Shown: piece after piece, positions 25,538-39,200 of the stretch | Numbering within the stretch: position 1 is the stretch's first letter | How the letters are laid out: each line of letters begins with the position of its first letter | Assembly (NCBI GenBank): GCA_010093605.1 | Contig: MU004182.1 | Location: 383,502 to 447,501, forward strand | Source of the DNA: Lophium mytilinum | Taxonomy: Eukaryota | Reading direction: 5' to 3' | DNA: 64,000 nt | The notes under the pieces: model-generated | What the model was told of the DNA's origin: nothing | The model's database searches: none | What the model saw: only the letters and a program-made list of their open reading frames with translations | Made by a program: the position numbers and the translations under genes

Positions 25538-26563
25538 CTACCTCGCGGGAGAATAAAGCATCTGCTCCCCCCTTCTATATCCATCACTTAGTCCACTTCC
25601 CACTCTTTGTTCTTCCTGCCATAGTAATTCCTTTTCTTCTTGTACGAGTGCGCACCATGCACAGAAGCAATGTGTCATACAATCCGCCTTATTGCTCCCC
25701 CGTATGCCGTATCTGTGTCGGATCTCGCTTCGAGTGGACATCCCCATAACCCACCAGAAGGGTATTAACGGAACGGTGAAGACGAAGCAGCCAAGACACT
25801 GAGGCTGAATTAGCATCTCTTCACACTATTCAGAAAGAGGATCAGAATAAACACTCACATAAGCATTCGTGCTAGTCATTTCGCTCGCTTTGGTATTCTT
25901 AACGCGCAAGTACCGCCGGCCTGCTAATATACAAGGCATGAACGCGGCTTCGCAACCTGTGTATATCAGATTAGCACTTTTCTTCCTCCTATTGTTGCAT
26001 TCGCCGATCTAGCACTCACATAAACTCATCGACCCCTCATTACAGCACCCGAAAAGCGGGGCATGCCAATCCTCCCCTTCATTCATATCCAATCTCCTCC
26101 GATCAACAGCACTAGCATCCTCCTGTCCCCCAGGATCAATCCCCCGACACCCAGCAAAATCGTTATCAGGCTTTACCCCCCCAACCGGACTCGACTCATC
26201 TTCAACGGGGTATTTGGGTGTTGTCCGATCTTGCTCCTCCACAGCATATTTATTGTTATCTCGGTCGGCCTCTGGCGCCGCTTTCTTATCTAGCGTATAA
26301 CTCGGAGACTTAGAATCTTTCGGCGATTCCTGCGCGTCCATCGCGTATTTCGGGCTAACTTCATCGGCTTCCTCTGGTTGCAGGAACTCCTTCTCGTCTG
26401 ACATGTCTGCAGCTCGGGGCGCTTCAGTCGTTTGGTCATTGGGAGCGTAGGGAGGCCCAGGCGACTTCTCGTCGCGGGTAGCGGGCGCAATTGGGGCGGG
26501 GGAGATGGCGGGAGAGGAAAAAGGTGTGATGCTGCCTGGGACGACTTCTGGGGCGTCGGCCAT
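25538..26563 (-). CDS. PLAC8-family cysteine-rich protein with low-complexity N-terminus
   Basis: DWHAPLFGCC, CEAAFMPCIL, RSEIRHRYGIRGSNKADCMTHCFCAWCALVQEEKE; two introns. Confidence 0.82.
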
Positions 26564-27772
26564 GACGTAGGTTTATATGCGAACTCGTGAGGATGAGATG
26601 GGGGGTTGGGTATATGTCGGCCGGCTGAGTCGGCTACTTCGGGTATCAAAAATCAAGAAAAGTGAAGAAGAGAAATTGCGCGATGAACGAGAAATGCAGA
26701 AGTATTTCGTAGGTGTTACATGTGAGAGTGTAGGGAAGTGCCAGGAACAGAACTGCTTGTCTTATAGTAGATATATGCAGCGCTGGGGGCACAGAAATTG
26801 GCCCCCATAATCCCCGCTACGCCAGTCAGCGTAGATCCTGGGACTGATTCGCTGAGATATCTAAGACGCGATTGGATTGGCGTGCTCGTTCATAAATTGT
26901 GGATCTGCGGGTTCGTCTAATTCCCTGTTCAAGTATAGATTGGTGGTGGTAGGGCAGAGCTAGTGTTGGGGCAGAAAGCTTGGTCCTAGGTCCGTGAGGT
27001 GTGAACGGTCGGAGCTCTGCTTTTGCTGACGCATGACTGCATGGCTTCTATCTTCCCTTAAACCCTCGTACATATCTGTTGAAGATCCATTGTCAGATCT
27101 CTCGGCTTCCAATCTTCTCCTTGAAGGCTTAGAGTACCCTTAGGCAAAATAGGTGATTTGCTCCTGGGACCCATGATTGCGGGGTAGGCTGCATGGCTTC
27201 ATGGCTCATCAACTTTTGTATCACTCTTCCATTTATCGTCCCTTAAGTAGTGAGTATCAATGTGATCAATAGATAAAAGGCATTGGTCTTCTTTCCTGCA
27301 CTCTTCTATCTCGTTGTCTTCAAGTCAGTTGCTTTAGCAGCATTCATCTTATATCTCATACTCAATCTTTGTATCTTGATCGCATGTTGCCTCATCTTCA
27401 CACGTGGTCTCGGTATGGATTCTACCGAAACCGAAGTGTCATTTTGACGTCGAGTCGTGAAGTCCGATTTGACATGGGATGAGATCCCCGCAGCCATTTA
27501 AACGGCTGGCTGGAAAAATGGCAAGGATCGACACCACTCCAAGCTGTACAACTATTTACCCGTCAAATAGCGATACAGATGGCTATTTACGCCCCTAGTA
27601 CATCTGCCATACAATACTCGGTACTCAATTCGGCAATCTAGTAGCGTCAGTGTCCACAGAGAGGTTGGAATATAGAAGTAGCCCAGCTTGCTCCGGCGGA
27701 GGCCTGATCCTTCTTTAGAATTATCGCATCTAGTTACGCAAAGCCTACCAGTCTTGCGAACCGCTTTCAAAC

Positions 27773-29903
27773 ATGGCCCCGACCAGCGGCACAACCACTG
27801 AGTTCGAAGCCGCTGCACTTGCACGCCGGCAAGCTCTAATCGGCGCCTCGGGACCCCTGGCCCTCTTCAAGAACCTCCGCGTCTTCGGCATCGCCTGCTT
27901 CGCCTGCCTTGGCGGTCTTCTATATGGCTACAACCAAGGTGTTTTCAGTGGTGTGCTGACTATGACTGCGTTCAAGAAGCGTAACTAGCTCCTAATACCC
28001 CTCATTGTTAGGCTAGATTCCCGAGCTAATGTCCACAGACATGGGCGACTACATCGAAGACGAAGCCACTCTAACCTGGAACGACTCCAAGCAAGGCTGG
28101 CTTGTCTCTATCCTTGAACTTGGCGCCTGGTTCGGGACGATGTACTCAGGCTTCCTCGCCGAAATCCTCTCCCGAAAGTACGCCATCCTCGTTAACGTTG
28201 CCGTCTTCATCCTCGGCGTCGTGATTCAGGTCACCGCTATTAGTGGTTCGGGTCACAACTCCATCCTGGGCGGAAGATTCATAACGGGCATGGGCGTCGG
28301 CTCGCTTTCCATGATCGTGCCGATGTATAATGCTGAGATCGCGCCGCCGGAGGTTAGAGGCGCGCTAGTGGGATTGCAGCAGTTGAGCATTACGCTGGGC
28401 ATTATGGTCAGTTTTTGGATTGACTACGGGACTGTGAGTTCAATGCCTCTAGTTAGCAACTTCGCAAGTCTTCCTGGCTAAATCGAATACGTAGAACTTC
28501 ATCGGCGGGACTGGCGCGGGCCAGCACAACGGCGCATGGCTACTACCACTCTGCCTTCAACTTGTACCAGCTGTATTACTTGGCGTAGGGATGGTCTTCA
28601 TGCCCTTCTCCCCGCGCTGGCTCGTCCACCACGATCGCGTCCCCGAAGCCCGCCGCGTGCTCGCTAAACTCCGCAACCTTCCGCAAGACCACGAGCTGAT
28701 CGAGCTCGAGTTCGCGGAGATCAGGGCGCAGAGTCTATTTGAAAAGCGATCACTGCAGGAGAACTTCCCGCATTTGCGGGAGCAGACGGCGTGGAATGTT
28801 GCACAGCTGTGAGTCCAACTCTTTCATAATTGCGACGGGGTTAGGAGAGAAGCTGATGATCGGCAGGCAATTCGTCGCTATCGGGTCCCTATTCAAGTCA
28901 AAGCCCATGTTCAAGCGCGTTGTTGTTGCTACAGTGACGATGTTCTTCCAGCAGTGGACAGGAATCAATGCCATTCTGTATTACGCGCCTAAGATTTTCA
29001 ATGGGCTAGGGCTGTCGTCGAACGCGGTCTCTTTGCTTGCTACTGGGGTTGTTGGGATTGCTATGTTTTTGGTATGTTGAAACGACTGACATTTCTAGCA
29101 GTGCAGGTGCTGATGTGTGAGCAGGCTACGATACCGGCGGTCATGTACGTGGACAAGCTTGGTCGAAAGCCAGTTCTCATATGGGGTGCTGTGGGTATGG
29201 GAACGTGCCATGTTATCATTGTAAGCATTCGCTCTCATGGGGATGCCCTCGCTAACGATGAGAAACAGGCCGTCATCACCGCCAAAAACCAATACCAATG
29301 GCCCTCCCACCAATCCGCCGGCTGGGCCGCCGTAGTCATGGTCTGGCTGTTTGTCATCCACTTTGGTTACTCGTGGGGTCCCTGTGCCTGGATCGTTATA
29401 TCTGAAATCTGGCCTCTGTCAAATAGGCCGTACGGTATTGCGCTTGGTGCATCAAGCAACTGGTAATCATAAAACATGTGTACGTCCATACGGGTTTGGG
29501 GCTGACTGCTATTTATAGGATGAACAACTTCATCGTCGGCCAAGTGACTCCAGACATGCTGTCGAAAATGACATACGGCACTTACATTTTCTTCGGTCTC
29601 CTGACCTTCGGCGGTGCATTATTTGTCTGGCAATTCGTCCCTGAGACGAAGGGGCTCTCGCTTGAAGAGATGGATTTAGTATTCGGGAGTGTGGGTATGG
29701 CGGAAAGAGAGCGGGAGAGGTGGCAAGAGGTTCAGCGGGAAGTAGGGCTTGACCAGCTGCTTGGAAGAAGTGCGAGTATGGGAGAAGAGAAGGCTGCGGT
29801 TGAGAAGAGGGGTGTGTTAGAGGATACAGAGGTCTCTGTTGAGAAGCACGACGAGGTGCATCCTGCGGAGACAAGCGCGACTGAGAAGACTGAGGGAAAA
29901 TAG
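27773..29903 (+). CDS. MFS sugar porter (monosaccharide/quinate-type transporter)
   Basis: GGLLYGYNQG, GRFITGMGVG, YNAEIAPPEVRG, PFSPRWL, FFQQWTGINAILYY, VDKLGRK, SWGPCAW, PETKGLSLEEMD; about 6 introns. Confidence 0.93.
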
Positions 29904-30146
29904 AGACGTGTGGTATCTATCTGAGGGGGTACTTGTATCGCTCACAACTGATTTCAGATTCTTCTCCCGAGCTACGAGAACACGTTATACGACCTCAAAC
30001 GGTGGCAAGATAAGTCGACTACAACACAAGAGCTTGAAACCGTGCCCAATTTACGCTGTCCATAATGGCACATCTCGTCTATATTTCTGGTCATATGCTA
30101 GAGCACCTCAGCCAGTGGTAAGCAAATGCGTCTGATGAACTCTTGC

Positions 30147-30842
30147 CTAGGAGCGATATGGGTTTTGAGGCTTCGCAGAGGTGTTGTATTGATGTGGAGG
30201 TCTTGGAGAGGTGCTGGAGCCGCCCTGAGTAGGCCAACCGGCTGGCAACTCGGTAGGAGCCATTCCTTTTTTGCCTTCATCCTCCGCTGTTGATTCTGAG
30301 TTGGCCGGTAGCTCCACGGGAAGCCTCTCAGATTCAAATTTCTTGTAATGATGCTCTTCCTCTCTGTATGTGCTTGGGCTTTCATGTAGCGAGGCAGCTA
30401 TAGTAGCACTTGGTACGATCGCCTCGGGTGCGGCTGGCTGCCATACCCATTGCCCTCTCTTGGGGAGTCCAGCTTGTGGAGACTGAGCCTTCTGTATACG
30501 TTGCGGTGAGGCGGGTGGAGGCGGCGTTTGTGGCCAGGCGGACGAAGGCGACGTGTGAGCCGGTGGTTGATGGAAGAGAGGATACGGCACGTTCTGCCGA
30601 TTTTCAGCCGTCCAAGGTGGGTGTTGCTCGTCTGCTGGATACGGCGGTGGCTGAGGGTGCTGCTGATTCGGGTGTGACATGTCTGCATGCTTTGGAGGCC
30701 CAGATATGTAGGCTGGGTCGTGCGTTCGATACTCGTTGACCATTTCATCGTGGTGTGCAGACCCAGCTGCGAGAGCGTCCTCTTTTTCTTGCTTATGCTT
30801 CTGGTACTTCTTGTAAATGTACTTGCTAGGAATGGAAATCAT
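30147..30842 (-). CDS. Hypothetical Pro/Gln-rich protein
   Basis: Intronless ORF from ATG 30842 (MISIPSKYIYKKYQKHKQEKE) with PVELPA/PTELPA motifs common in fungal disordered proteins; no family recognised. Confidence 0.5.
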   Translation of the reverse strand: MISIPSKYIYKKYQKHKQEKEDALAAGSAHHDEMVNEYRTHDPAYISGPPKHADMSHPNQQHPQPPPYPADEQHPPWTAENRQNVPYPLFHQPPAHTSPSSAWPQTPPPPASPQRIQKAQSPQAGLPKRGQWVWQPAAPEAIVPSATIAASLHESPSTYREEEHHYKKFESERLPVELPANSESTAEDEGKKGMAPTELPAGWPTQGGSSTSPRPPHQYNTSAKPQNPYRS

Positions 30843-31951
30843 GTTCGCGACAAGGATGAATTGGAGTGTAGGGATAGCGCGAGCGATAGTGCTTAGTCGT
30901 GGGAGTATGAGGCTTTGATGAGGGAAACTGAAAGAACTCAAGAAGAAAAGAATTGATTCAGCTCATATAGGAGATGTATCTCGACTAATTAGGTAGATCC
31001 TAAGCACTACTAGGCATCTATGATATACAGGGAATTACCGAGCTATCAGCTGCGCATTGAAGCAGCAACTTGTAGATTGGTATGCGCAATTCGCTTACTT
31101 TGCCGGAAAACCCCTGTCGCCGCTAAACTTGCCTCAAACGTCTTAGCGCAGAATCCTATTTCTGCCTCCTCAAACTCCTCTTCTCTTCTACTTCTCCATT
31201 TCGTCCTTGCCATGCCATCTCCCTTCTATAAACTCATCTGTCGACGTTGATTTATATCAAGTGTTGTACCATGCTACCGACTTCTTCGGTTCCGCCACGA
31301 CCTGGGCATGTCTGGATCCGCAGTGGCGCATCCCGTCTACCAACAGGGGAGACACGGAGGGGAGGTAGGAAGAATGAGGCAGGAGGCAGGAAGTAGCAGG
31401 CAGAAGTATTATTTTCAAGACGTATCTACTGACTCAACGTAAAGAGTCTATGATTTTTCCGACAGGAGCTGGACCAAGCATAGATTGTGCATTGTTCAGC
31501 GTTGGAAGTCATAAATTAATGAATTCAGATATCCGATGATTCGAATGAGGAGGCCCGTCGACCTAGTTTATGATGCATGACCTTTCCGAAGAGAATGGGT
31601 GAGACGGGCGGACGACCGAACTCTCTCTCTCTCAAATTTCATATGGAGTCCCTCTTAATTTTTTTTAATTCCAATACGCAATTCCAATCCGTTTCGTACT
31701 TCTCCATCTTCAGAATGTCTTTGTCTCATGAGAAAATGTGTAGCCTGCTCGAATTTAATAACAAAGTGGGCAAAAGGCATGGCATCTCAACAATGTTGAA
31801 TTCTTGAAACAATGCTAACATGAACTTTGTATATAAACGTGTCATACTTCTGGCACATACTGCTCACCAGTCACTTGCAAGATCATTCACTTGCAAAAGC
31901 ATTCACAGACTGGCTAATTCATATCAAACACTCGGCCCCCTAAATACCAAC

Positions 31952-32839
31952 ATGAACCAGCCAGAAAGCAATGCTCCCGCTTCTCGCGCAGCCATTCCAG
32001 ACCTTGATTTCACGGTCTTCGAAACATATCTTGGTCTAGAAGCGGTGTTGACAAATAACCCGTCCATCTCATCTCCATGGTGGCTTCGCGGTCACTTGAT
32101 GTTCCTGATCATGGAATACGCACGACAAGTCGCAGTAGAAGTCTACGAAAACCCATCGAGGCCCACGGACGAATATCGCGAACTTTGCTTTGAACGAGTT
32201 GCCAAACTCCGTTCTCTCTTTCCCAAAGTTGAAGAACTTGGGCCATTCACAGCTTCTCTGCGAGATCGAGTTTCAGCAATGAGCCAGGATCTAAACTTAC
32301 GTGGAGGCACAGACACACACTATCGCGAACTCTCTGCTAGGATACGTGAAATTGTCTTCTCCTATGCACGGCGGTACTTCGTCCAAATGCACCGAAATCG
32401 AGCTGCAGACGTCCGACATTGGCGGGAGTTCTTTTATGGAATGGCATCGTTCGGAAATACCATTTCCCCAACTGGTCAAAGGTCAGCGGATGAGATTGGC
32501 CAAAGCCTATGCCACTTTTTCATCCGTAGAGAGCTTCTCACAAATTCCCTGACTGTGGAAGAGATTGCGGCGCGATGTGACCCCCTCGATGATGAATGCG
32601 CGATTTGTGTGAGTAGTTATGATCAAGGTCACACTCCTGTAATAACTCTAGCGTGCAAACATATCTTCGGGAAGGAATGTTTGACAGACTGGTTGGACAT
32701 CAACAAGAGGGCTACAACCTGCCCTATGTGCCGTACGCCTCTGGCAGTATCACAAGCCCCAGCATCTCAAGATGAACTTGCGGAGCGTGCACATGAGGCA
32801 GCTGGTCAGTTCTGGCATAACTGGCTTGATAGGCCTTAA
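31952..32839 (+). CDS. RING-finger protein (putative E3 ligase)
   Basis: C-terminal CAIC...CKHIFGKECL...W...CPMCR. TATATAAA at 31830 supports the ATG at 31952 over the longer ORF start. Confidence 0.75.
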   Translation: MNQPESNAPASRAAIPDLDFTVFETYLGLEAVLTNNPSISSPWWLRGHLMFLIMEYARQVAVEVYENPSRPTDEYRELCFERVAKLRSLFPKVEELGPFTASLRDRVSAMSQDLNLRGGTDTHYRELSARIREIVFSYARRYFVQMHRNRAADVRHWREFFYGMASFGNTISPTGQRSADEIGQSLCHFFIRRELLTNSLTVEEIAARCDPLDDECAICVSSYDQGHTPVITLACKHIFGKECLTDWLDINKRATTCPMCRTPLAVSQAPASQDELAERAHEAAGQFWHNWLDRP

Positions 32840-34112
32840 AGTCAGACCAAGCCGAGTCGGAGCAAGACGAATTCGAGTCTGAGTAAGATGAGATTGAAGG
32901 TTGTACATCTTGATCATCCTTACAGCTTCCAACGGCCACAGGCGGACCTCAGTCTTGACTAAGTAACGTCATGAAGCCCTGATGTAGATAGGTAAGCCAT
33001 ACAGCTCTTTTCCTTATCTTGACTCAAACTTCCGACTCCCACTATTTCAGATTCCCTCAACATAGAATGTAACATGAGATTTTCCAGCTCTACCCCTCTT
33101 CTTACTTGCGATTGATGACCATTCTAATGACATGACCATATTCGTTTACCTAGGCACGTGATGTTTCAACTCCAGTAGAATACCGTCGATATTGTTTTAA
33201 CAACTCCGCAGACCACGCCAATGTCTTCTCATCTAAGCACCCAAGAGATGTCTTCTTAAAGCGCTCATCCAGAATGTTCAGCACTTTTTCTAGTATTCAA
33301 GATGGGTCAAAGTATATAGAGCTTCGCCACGACGTACGGCCACTCGCCTAGCTAAGTAAAGTATTTATTAGTAGACGTTCACACACGACTCACAAGCCTG
33401 TTGCTTCGCGTTCCAACCTCAAAATTCTTGCGAAATTCGAAAGTAACCTCCTCACGGGGATTCTCTGCGCATCGTTCCTAGTTTATTATGGTGACATCGG
33501 TTCAAGTACTGATCCTCGTGCAGAAACTCGAGGCCTGCAATAGAGACTACACAAGTCCGCCGGGCCCATATGTCATTCTCTGTGTGTTATAGAATAGTTG
33601 ACAGTAAGCAACGTCGCTTTCAGGGATTCGTAGAGGAGTCACGACGTTCATTTCTTTCCAAGTTTATTTTTTGGAGCTTATCAGCGACACATTTAATCTT
33701 CCAAATCAATGACATAATAGTATTGCTTGCCAGCTAACGCGCAGCCTTTCATCTTCCTAAAAGAGTACACGTTCTCTATACCAGTGCCCATCGACCCTTG
33801 CAAAGTCGACTTTTTAAGGCAGTCTCACCCGGTGATATTATTTTCCAGGCCATATTAACCCCGTGTTCAGCATACGCACGGCCCCTGAACAGATCACAAG
33901 ACAGCAACACACCCCAGACTTCATTTCTACAACTCTGACGTCATCAATTTATTCCTCAAATATCATCCAGGAGGCTGGTCTTCTCACAACCACCCCACAG
34001 AGTCTAGACTCGGTCTCACGTTGTCTCACTTCCTACAAATCACCGTCCTACAACTCAAACCAACTTGCCCTTGTCTTTAGCCTCATAGTTTAGGCTTACA
34101 AGCCACCCTACC

Positions 34113-35720
34113 ATGTCTGGGCCACCTGCAGCACGCGTTGATGCCATCATCGATGGCGAGAGCGGGAGCCTTCCTGCACGGGAGACCACCACGTTACCTA
34201 TGATTGACGGAACGACCATTACCCCTATTCCGGAGTCTGTGGATCTGAGCAAAGTAGCGGCCACTTCGTCCTTGCCTTTGTCTCAAAGTGGAGCCGATCT
34301 TATCAAACTAACGGCGTCGCTATCCTCTACAATTCTCGCTGAAAACCTCGCGAGTTTCAAAACATCTTCCTCAAGCACTCAATCGGCCTCGGTAACCCGT
34401 CTCTCACATGTGGTAGCCTCGCACTACAACGTAGCCTTAGAGGACTGGGATATTTTCGTTCAGAGTTTGCCGGAAAAGCCTGAAGTCGATAGCAGGATGC
34501 CACCTCTCGAACGGTACTTCTGTACGACCAATCTTACCGTTGAAGAAGCAGCTCGATACGAACAAGACCCCATCGTGGATTGGATCCTCCTAAATCTGGA
34601 TATTACTAAATATATCGTGCATTGTGCCGACACATTGCAGGAGTGATGGATCCCGTTGGCGATTGTCCACGCCGACAAAAAGCTCGCAAAGGTGCAGCAA
34701 GATGCCGATGACTGAGAATATCACAAAAGAGCGCAAAGTGCCTCCCATCTCAGGCTGCAGCCCCAGGGCAGAAACATCGGCGTGGACGTGAATGCTTATT
34801 TTGGCACGGAACTACGGGCTGGGTCGAAGACTTGCAGGATTGGTACTGGTGGGAATCTAGGCCATCTCGCAAGCATGGTCTCCTTGATCAAGTTTCCTGA
34901 AATGGCTATTAATCGTTCTGTAGGCATCTTCAAGGGGTAGTCGACAGAATGGCATAAGACTCGATTGCAGGGAGTGCCATTCTCAAATGGCCCTTCCCTG
35001 AACTGGTCTCCAGCCTGTAGTGACGGACACGGACCAGATGATCTGGGTGGGGCCTTTCGAGGTAGCAACGTCCAGGGAACAGGTTGCGGGTTCGTAACAG
35101 TCGGACCGATATGTTAAATGTCTTCACACTGAAATTGCGTTTGGCCGATTTGTTCCTTTCTCTTGCCCGTCACATTCTTGCTCTTAGTTTCTCTTGAAGG
35201 GCTGATAATGCTGAGAGCTCATTGCTTATCGATTATGCTGGGTAGGATAGTTTAATGGTTTTTGGTTTCATTGCTCAGCTTCAATCGTCAAGTTGGTCAA
35301 TATCTACGTGAGTGGCTTCCACAGAAACTAGGTCCCGATGACGACAATATCATTACCGTCGGGTGCGTGGATAGTGACGGAAATCGTGATTGAAAGTCAC
35401 CAAACCAGCGTCCCGGAAGTGAAGGCTTTATGACGGTGTATGCGCAAGGAGTAAATGTACGAGTAGCAATTAACAAAGGAGGAGAAAGGACAGGGAGTGG
35501 ATCAAGCTTTGCAGCTCCGGCAGTTGTAAGCATGTCGTTCCCGAAGCTCTTTCAATAAAACACTAATCGATTCGGGCTAATAGGCAGGATTTGCCGCGTA
35601 TATCATGTCGATTGGATAATACTCGGACGAGGGAGCTCCTATAGATCCCGATAGGATGAAAAGGGTCATTATTGAGCGTTCCTATCCCAGGGTGGTAGTT
35701 CCGGTAGCATGCAGTGGAGC
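34113..35720 (+). pseudogene. Degenerate subtilisin-like (S8) protease
   Basis: Reading from about 35316: PQKLGPDDDNIITVGCVDSDGNRD*KSP...MTVYAQGVNV...GSGSSFAAPAV|(intron)AGFAAYIMS, the subtilase Ser motif, with in-frame TGA at 35391. Upstream remnants of the Asp motif (RIGTGGN) and His motif (DGHG); prodomain-like ORF 34113-34646. Confidence 0.7.
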
Positions 35721-36257
35721 ACCAAACGAGTAAATCCCCATGGGAATCGAACCCTTCGTCTTCGCATATACTGACTTTCGTGAATAGAGCCGCCGCCAGT
35801 AGTTACAAATCATCTTCGACAACTTCCACGGCATCTATAGTGCTCTTAAGCATGACTCCACTGTTGGGGGTGCCCTGGCTGCTAAACAGCCCCGTCGGTC
35901 AAGAGATAGTCTGATCTGTACTGCTCAGACCTTGACATCGCCCCTGGATCTTAGAAGTTCTGCGGGGTTCCTCAAGCAGTGGCGAACCAGTGTGCTCAGA
36001 CGTACGGCCTGTCGCATTCAGAGGGCGGATATTGCATCTAATCCGGAATTGTGAAACTACCCTTAGGCGCCAGCGATAGTGACAGAAAAGGTTACGAGTA
36101 TGAACGACAAAGATAAGACTGTAACTAACTTGACAAGCCGTACCTTCAATTCTTGCAAGTGAGAAGCTTGGAAAAACCATTGTGTTGTTGAAGTGCCCGA
36201 AAGCACGAATTCGTTGACTACTGCTCTAGCCATGTACCAAAGCACCATGGAAGGTTA

Positions 36258-39200
36258 TCAAGGCTTCCAACTCAAAATCATCTGCTGCCTCAGCAAAAAC
36301 CGCCTCAAATTATCGTCCACCGGCTTCACCACCATATTCAGCATATCCGCCTTCTCTGCCTCGTCCCTCTTCGCCTTCTCCTTTTCCAGCTTCCGCCTCA
36401 GCCACTCCTCTCGCTTCTCATGAATCTTCGCGAACTCCTCCCCAGCTTTCCCATCCCCCAAATACTCATCCATCACCCTCACCGCCTCCAAAAACCTCTT
36501 CACATCCTGATCCCTCTCCTCCTCCACCCTCTCAAACGTCCCCCCATGCAAAAACCCCTCATACTCCGCGCGCCACTCAAAATCCCTCTTCCCATTCTCC
36601 TCAATATCCTCCTTATCCTCCCTCCACAACCGGCCCGTCTGCCGCTCCCTATCCGGCTCCCAGACATAACTCTTCGGAATCCCCTCACGCACGCGAAACC
36701 ACTCCTTCTTCCGCCACTCCTCCCTCCGCTCCGCCTGCTTCCCCAGCCACACCTGGTGCTCCGACCTCTTCCACTCGTCCTCGGCCCGCGATGCCTTCTC
36801 ATAGCGCCTCGCCTCCCGCAGCGGCGCCTCCGTCGGCGGCGGCTTGACCACGCACTTGACGCGCTGGCAGCGGCCGCGGTGCAGGACGTTGCCCAGCTCC
36901 TGCATGCACGCCCACCACTCCGCGTCGGCGAGGTAGGCGGCGCGCATGCTGGGCTTGAGGAGCTCCCAGCCGTGGTCGTCGGGGATTTTCTGGTGCGCGC
37001 CGCTGCCGACGCCGAGGACGGCCATTTCGCGCATGAAGCGCGGCGCGGGGCCGTCGGCGTAGTGCAGGTGGGGTGGGGCTTCGGTGGCGCACTGGAGGAG
37101 GACGAGGTAGAAGGAGTCCATGTCGTGGCAGAGGTTGCGGTGCGTGAGGTCCGCGGGGATGGAGAGATAGGGGGAGGTGAAGCCGGGGGTGCTGTGGGTG
37201 AGGCCGCGCCAGGAGAGGCCGTGGTTGTCGAGGGCGTTGGACCAGTCGATTAGAGTGCCCCAGCGGTCGGAGAAGGTGGTGTTGCCGGTGAGGGGGGTGT
37301 ATTGGCGCGGGACGACGATGTTATCGATGGAGATGTCGCCGTGCATGACGCCTCTGTCGCCGCTCATCCAGGCGTCGTAGTAGACGATTATTGCGTCTCT
37401 TACGATCCGCATCAGGTCCTTCGGGCGTCTCAAAGAACGCACTACGTCGCTGAGTGGAGTGCAGTATGGCGTGAGAAGCTGTGTCATCTTCCTTGGAGGG
37501 TTTTGTGGATTTATATCTGCCACCTCCGCATAGCAAGAAGGTACTTGTCCAGATGCTATAGCCTGGCCTTCAGCATCTTCAGGCCAAGCGGAATTGATCC
37601 AGTAGGGCGTTGGGATTCCACGGATATTGACGACGAGAAAGTCCCGCATTATCTCGACTTCTGGACGGGGCAGCGAGTTCTTCGAGGGCCCCACGAGTTC
37701 CCATGAAGTCTTCAAGACGCAGGCATTCGCGGATACTCCTTCACGGCCGCCACCAGACCCATCCGCTCCATCTTCGTCAACCGTGAGGGGATCATGCAGG
37801 TATGTTTTGGCCGCCTTGACGTATCCAGTATCCGCGACGCCGTAGGCCTGTTTCTCTTCGAGACTCATGTTATTCTCGGTCCGCTCCCGCTTCGTGTAGG
37901 CATGCTCGAAGACCAACTGCTGTCTCGTTTCGTTTTTGCACATATCCGAGCCCTCAAGACACCACTCGTTGTTCTCTAGCTTCATCTTCCAGCCTTTTGT
38001 GTCGTCACCACCCTCTTTAGTGAACGGAAAACCCGCGTGATGCCGATTGGCCCAGAAAAGCTCTAACAGCGCCTCTGTTCTCTGTGCCTTTTCCCTATAT
38101 CGATCATCTTTCAGGTCTTGCAACTGCTTTGCAATTTCCGGGTTATTCCGCTGTTTTGTTTCTTCCTCGTAGTTGTAGATTTCTTTATGCCAATCATCCA
38201 GGCGATCGTGCAAGTTCTTGATAGCAGCGACCTCTCCGACGCTAAGCTCACTGTCGTTCCAGTCGAAATAACCGGTTTTCAGCTGGCTGTGACCACGGAA
38301 CTTTCCCTGGGCGGCCCAATAGTCGTCCATGCGAAACCCAAGAGGCAAGGGGCTTTCTACTCCACAATCTTCATACACAGTTTTATTGAGGGTGGGACCT
38401 CGGCGGGGTGCCAATCCATTGTCCATACGACGGTATGGAGGACTGTCGTATTCAATATCTGAAGACGAGATATCGCTATATCGCCTCCGCCTCTTTGGCG
38501 AAGGAGTTTCCGCATCATCAGAGTCCTCGGATTCTGATGTACTTGAACTCCTGTACCGCTTACGAGCGTTGGTCTTTTGGGGCTTCTTGCGACGTTCGGT
38601 TGACTCGGAACTATCGCTCGTGACTCGTAGACGGGGTAGAGGGGTTTCTGGACCTTCTTTTGTAGAGGTCCTCCAGTCGTCGTCGTCACTAACGGAAGTG
38701 TCCTCCCAATCTTCGTCTACGTGTTCAGGGTGGACTTGGTAGTCGTTTGCGTCGTCACTGGGGAAGTCTGCTCCTGTCCTCTCGTCTCCGTTCTCTGAAC
38801 CATCTTTAGCGGCCACGGAGGCGTCGTCCCGTCCTTCGGGGAGTTCTGTGTCTTCTACAATAGGTGGTAGGTCCTGAAGGGTTGGATTTGAGACGTTCGT
38901 CATGACGGCATCCTCAACCCCAATCGGAGCGGAGGAACTTCCCTCTGTACCAGATGAGGCAAGGTCGTTGGTTTCCTGGCTTGGAGCATCCGCCATGGTG
39001 ATATCTTCGCCGGCGCCTTGGGTTTCGCTAGCCTTATAGGGCTCTTTTGGGGTTTGTTCCATGGCCGTAACGGCCTGCACAAAACCGCCCCTGCATGCGA
39101 ACGATATTGGCACAGCTTTCGGGGCGCCCGTAACATCAGCCCTCTCAACCATTCCCACAACCTCTTCTCCATCATCTTCGCCACTCCCCTCATCCATCTC

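Noticed and set aside
32950..34050. AT-richer intergenic block as a transposon relic
   Set aside because: No terminal repeats, target duplication or transposase/RT motifs found by eye.
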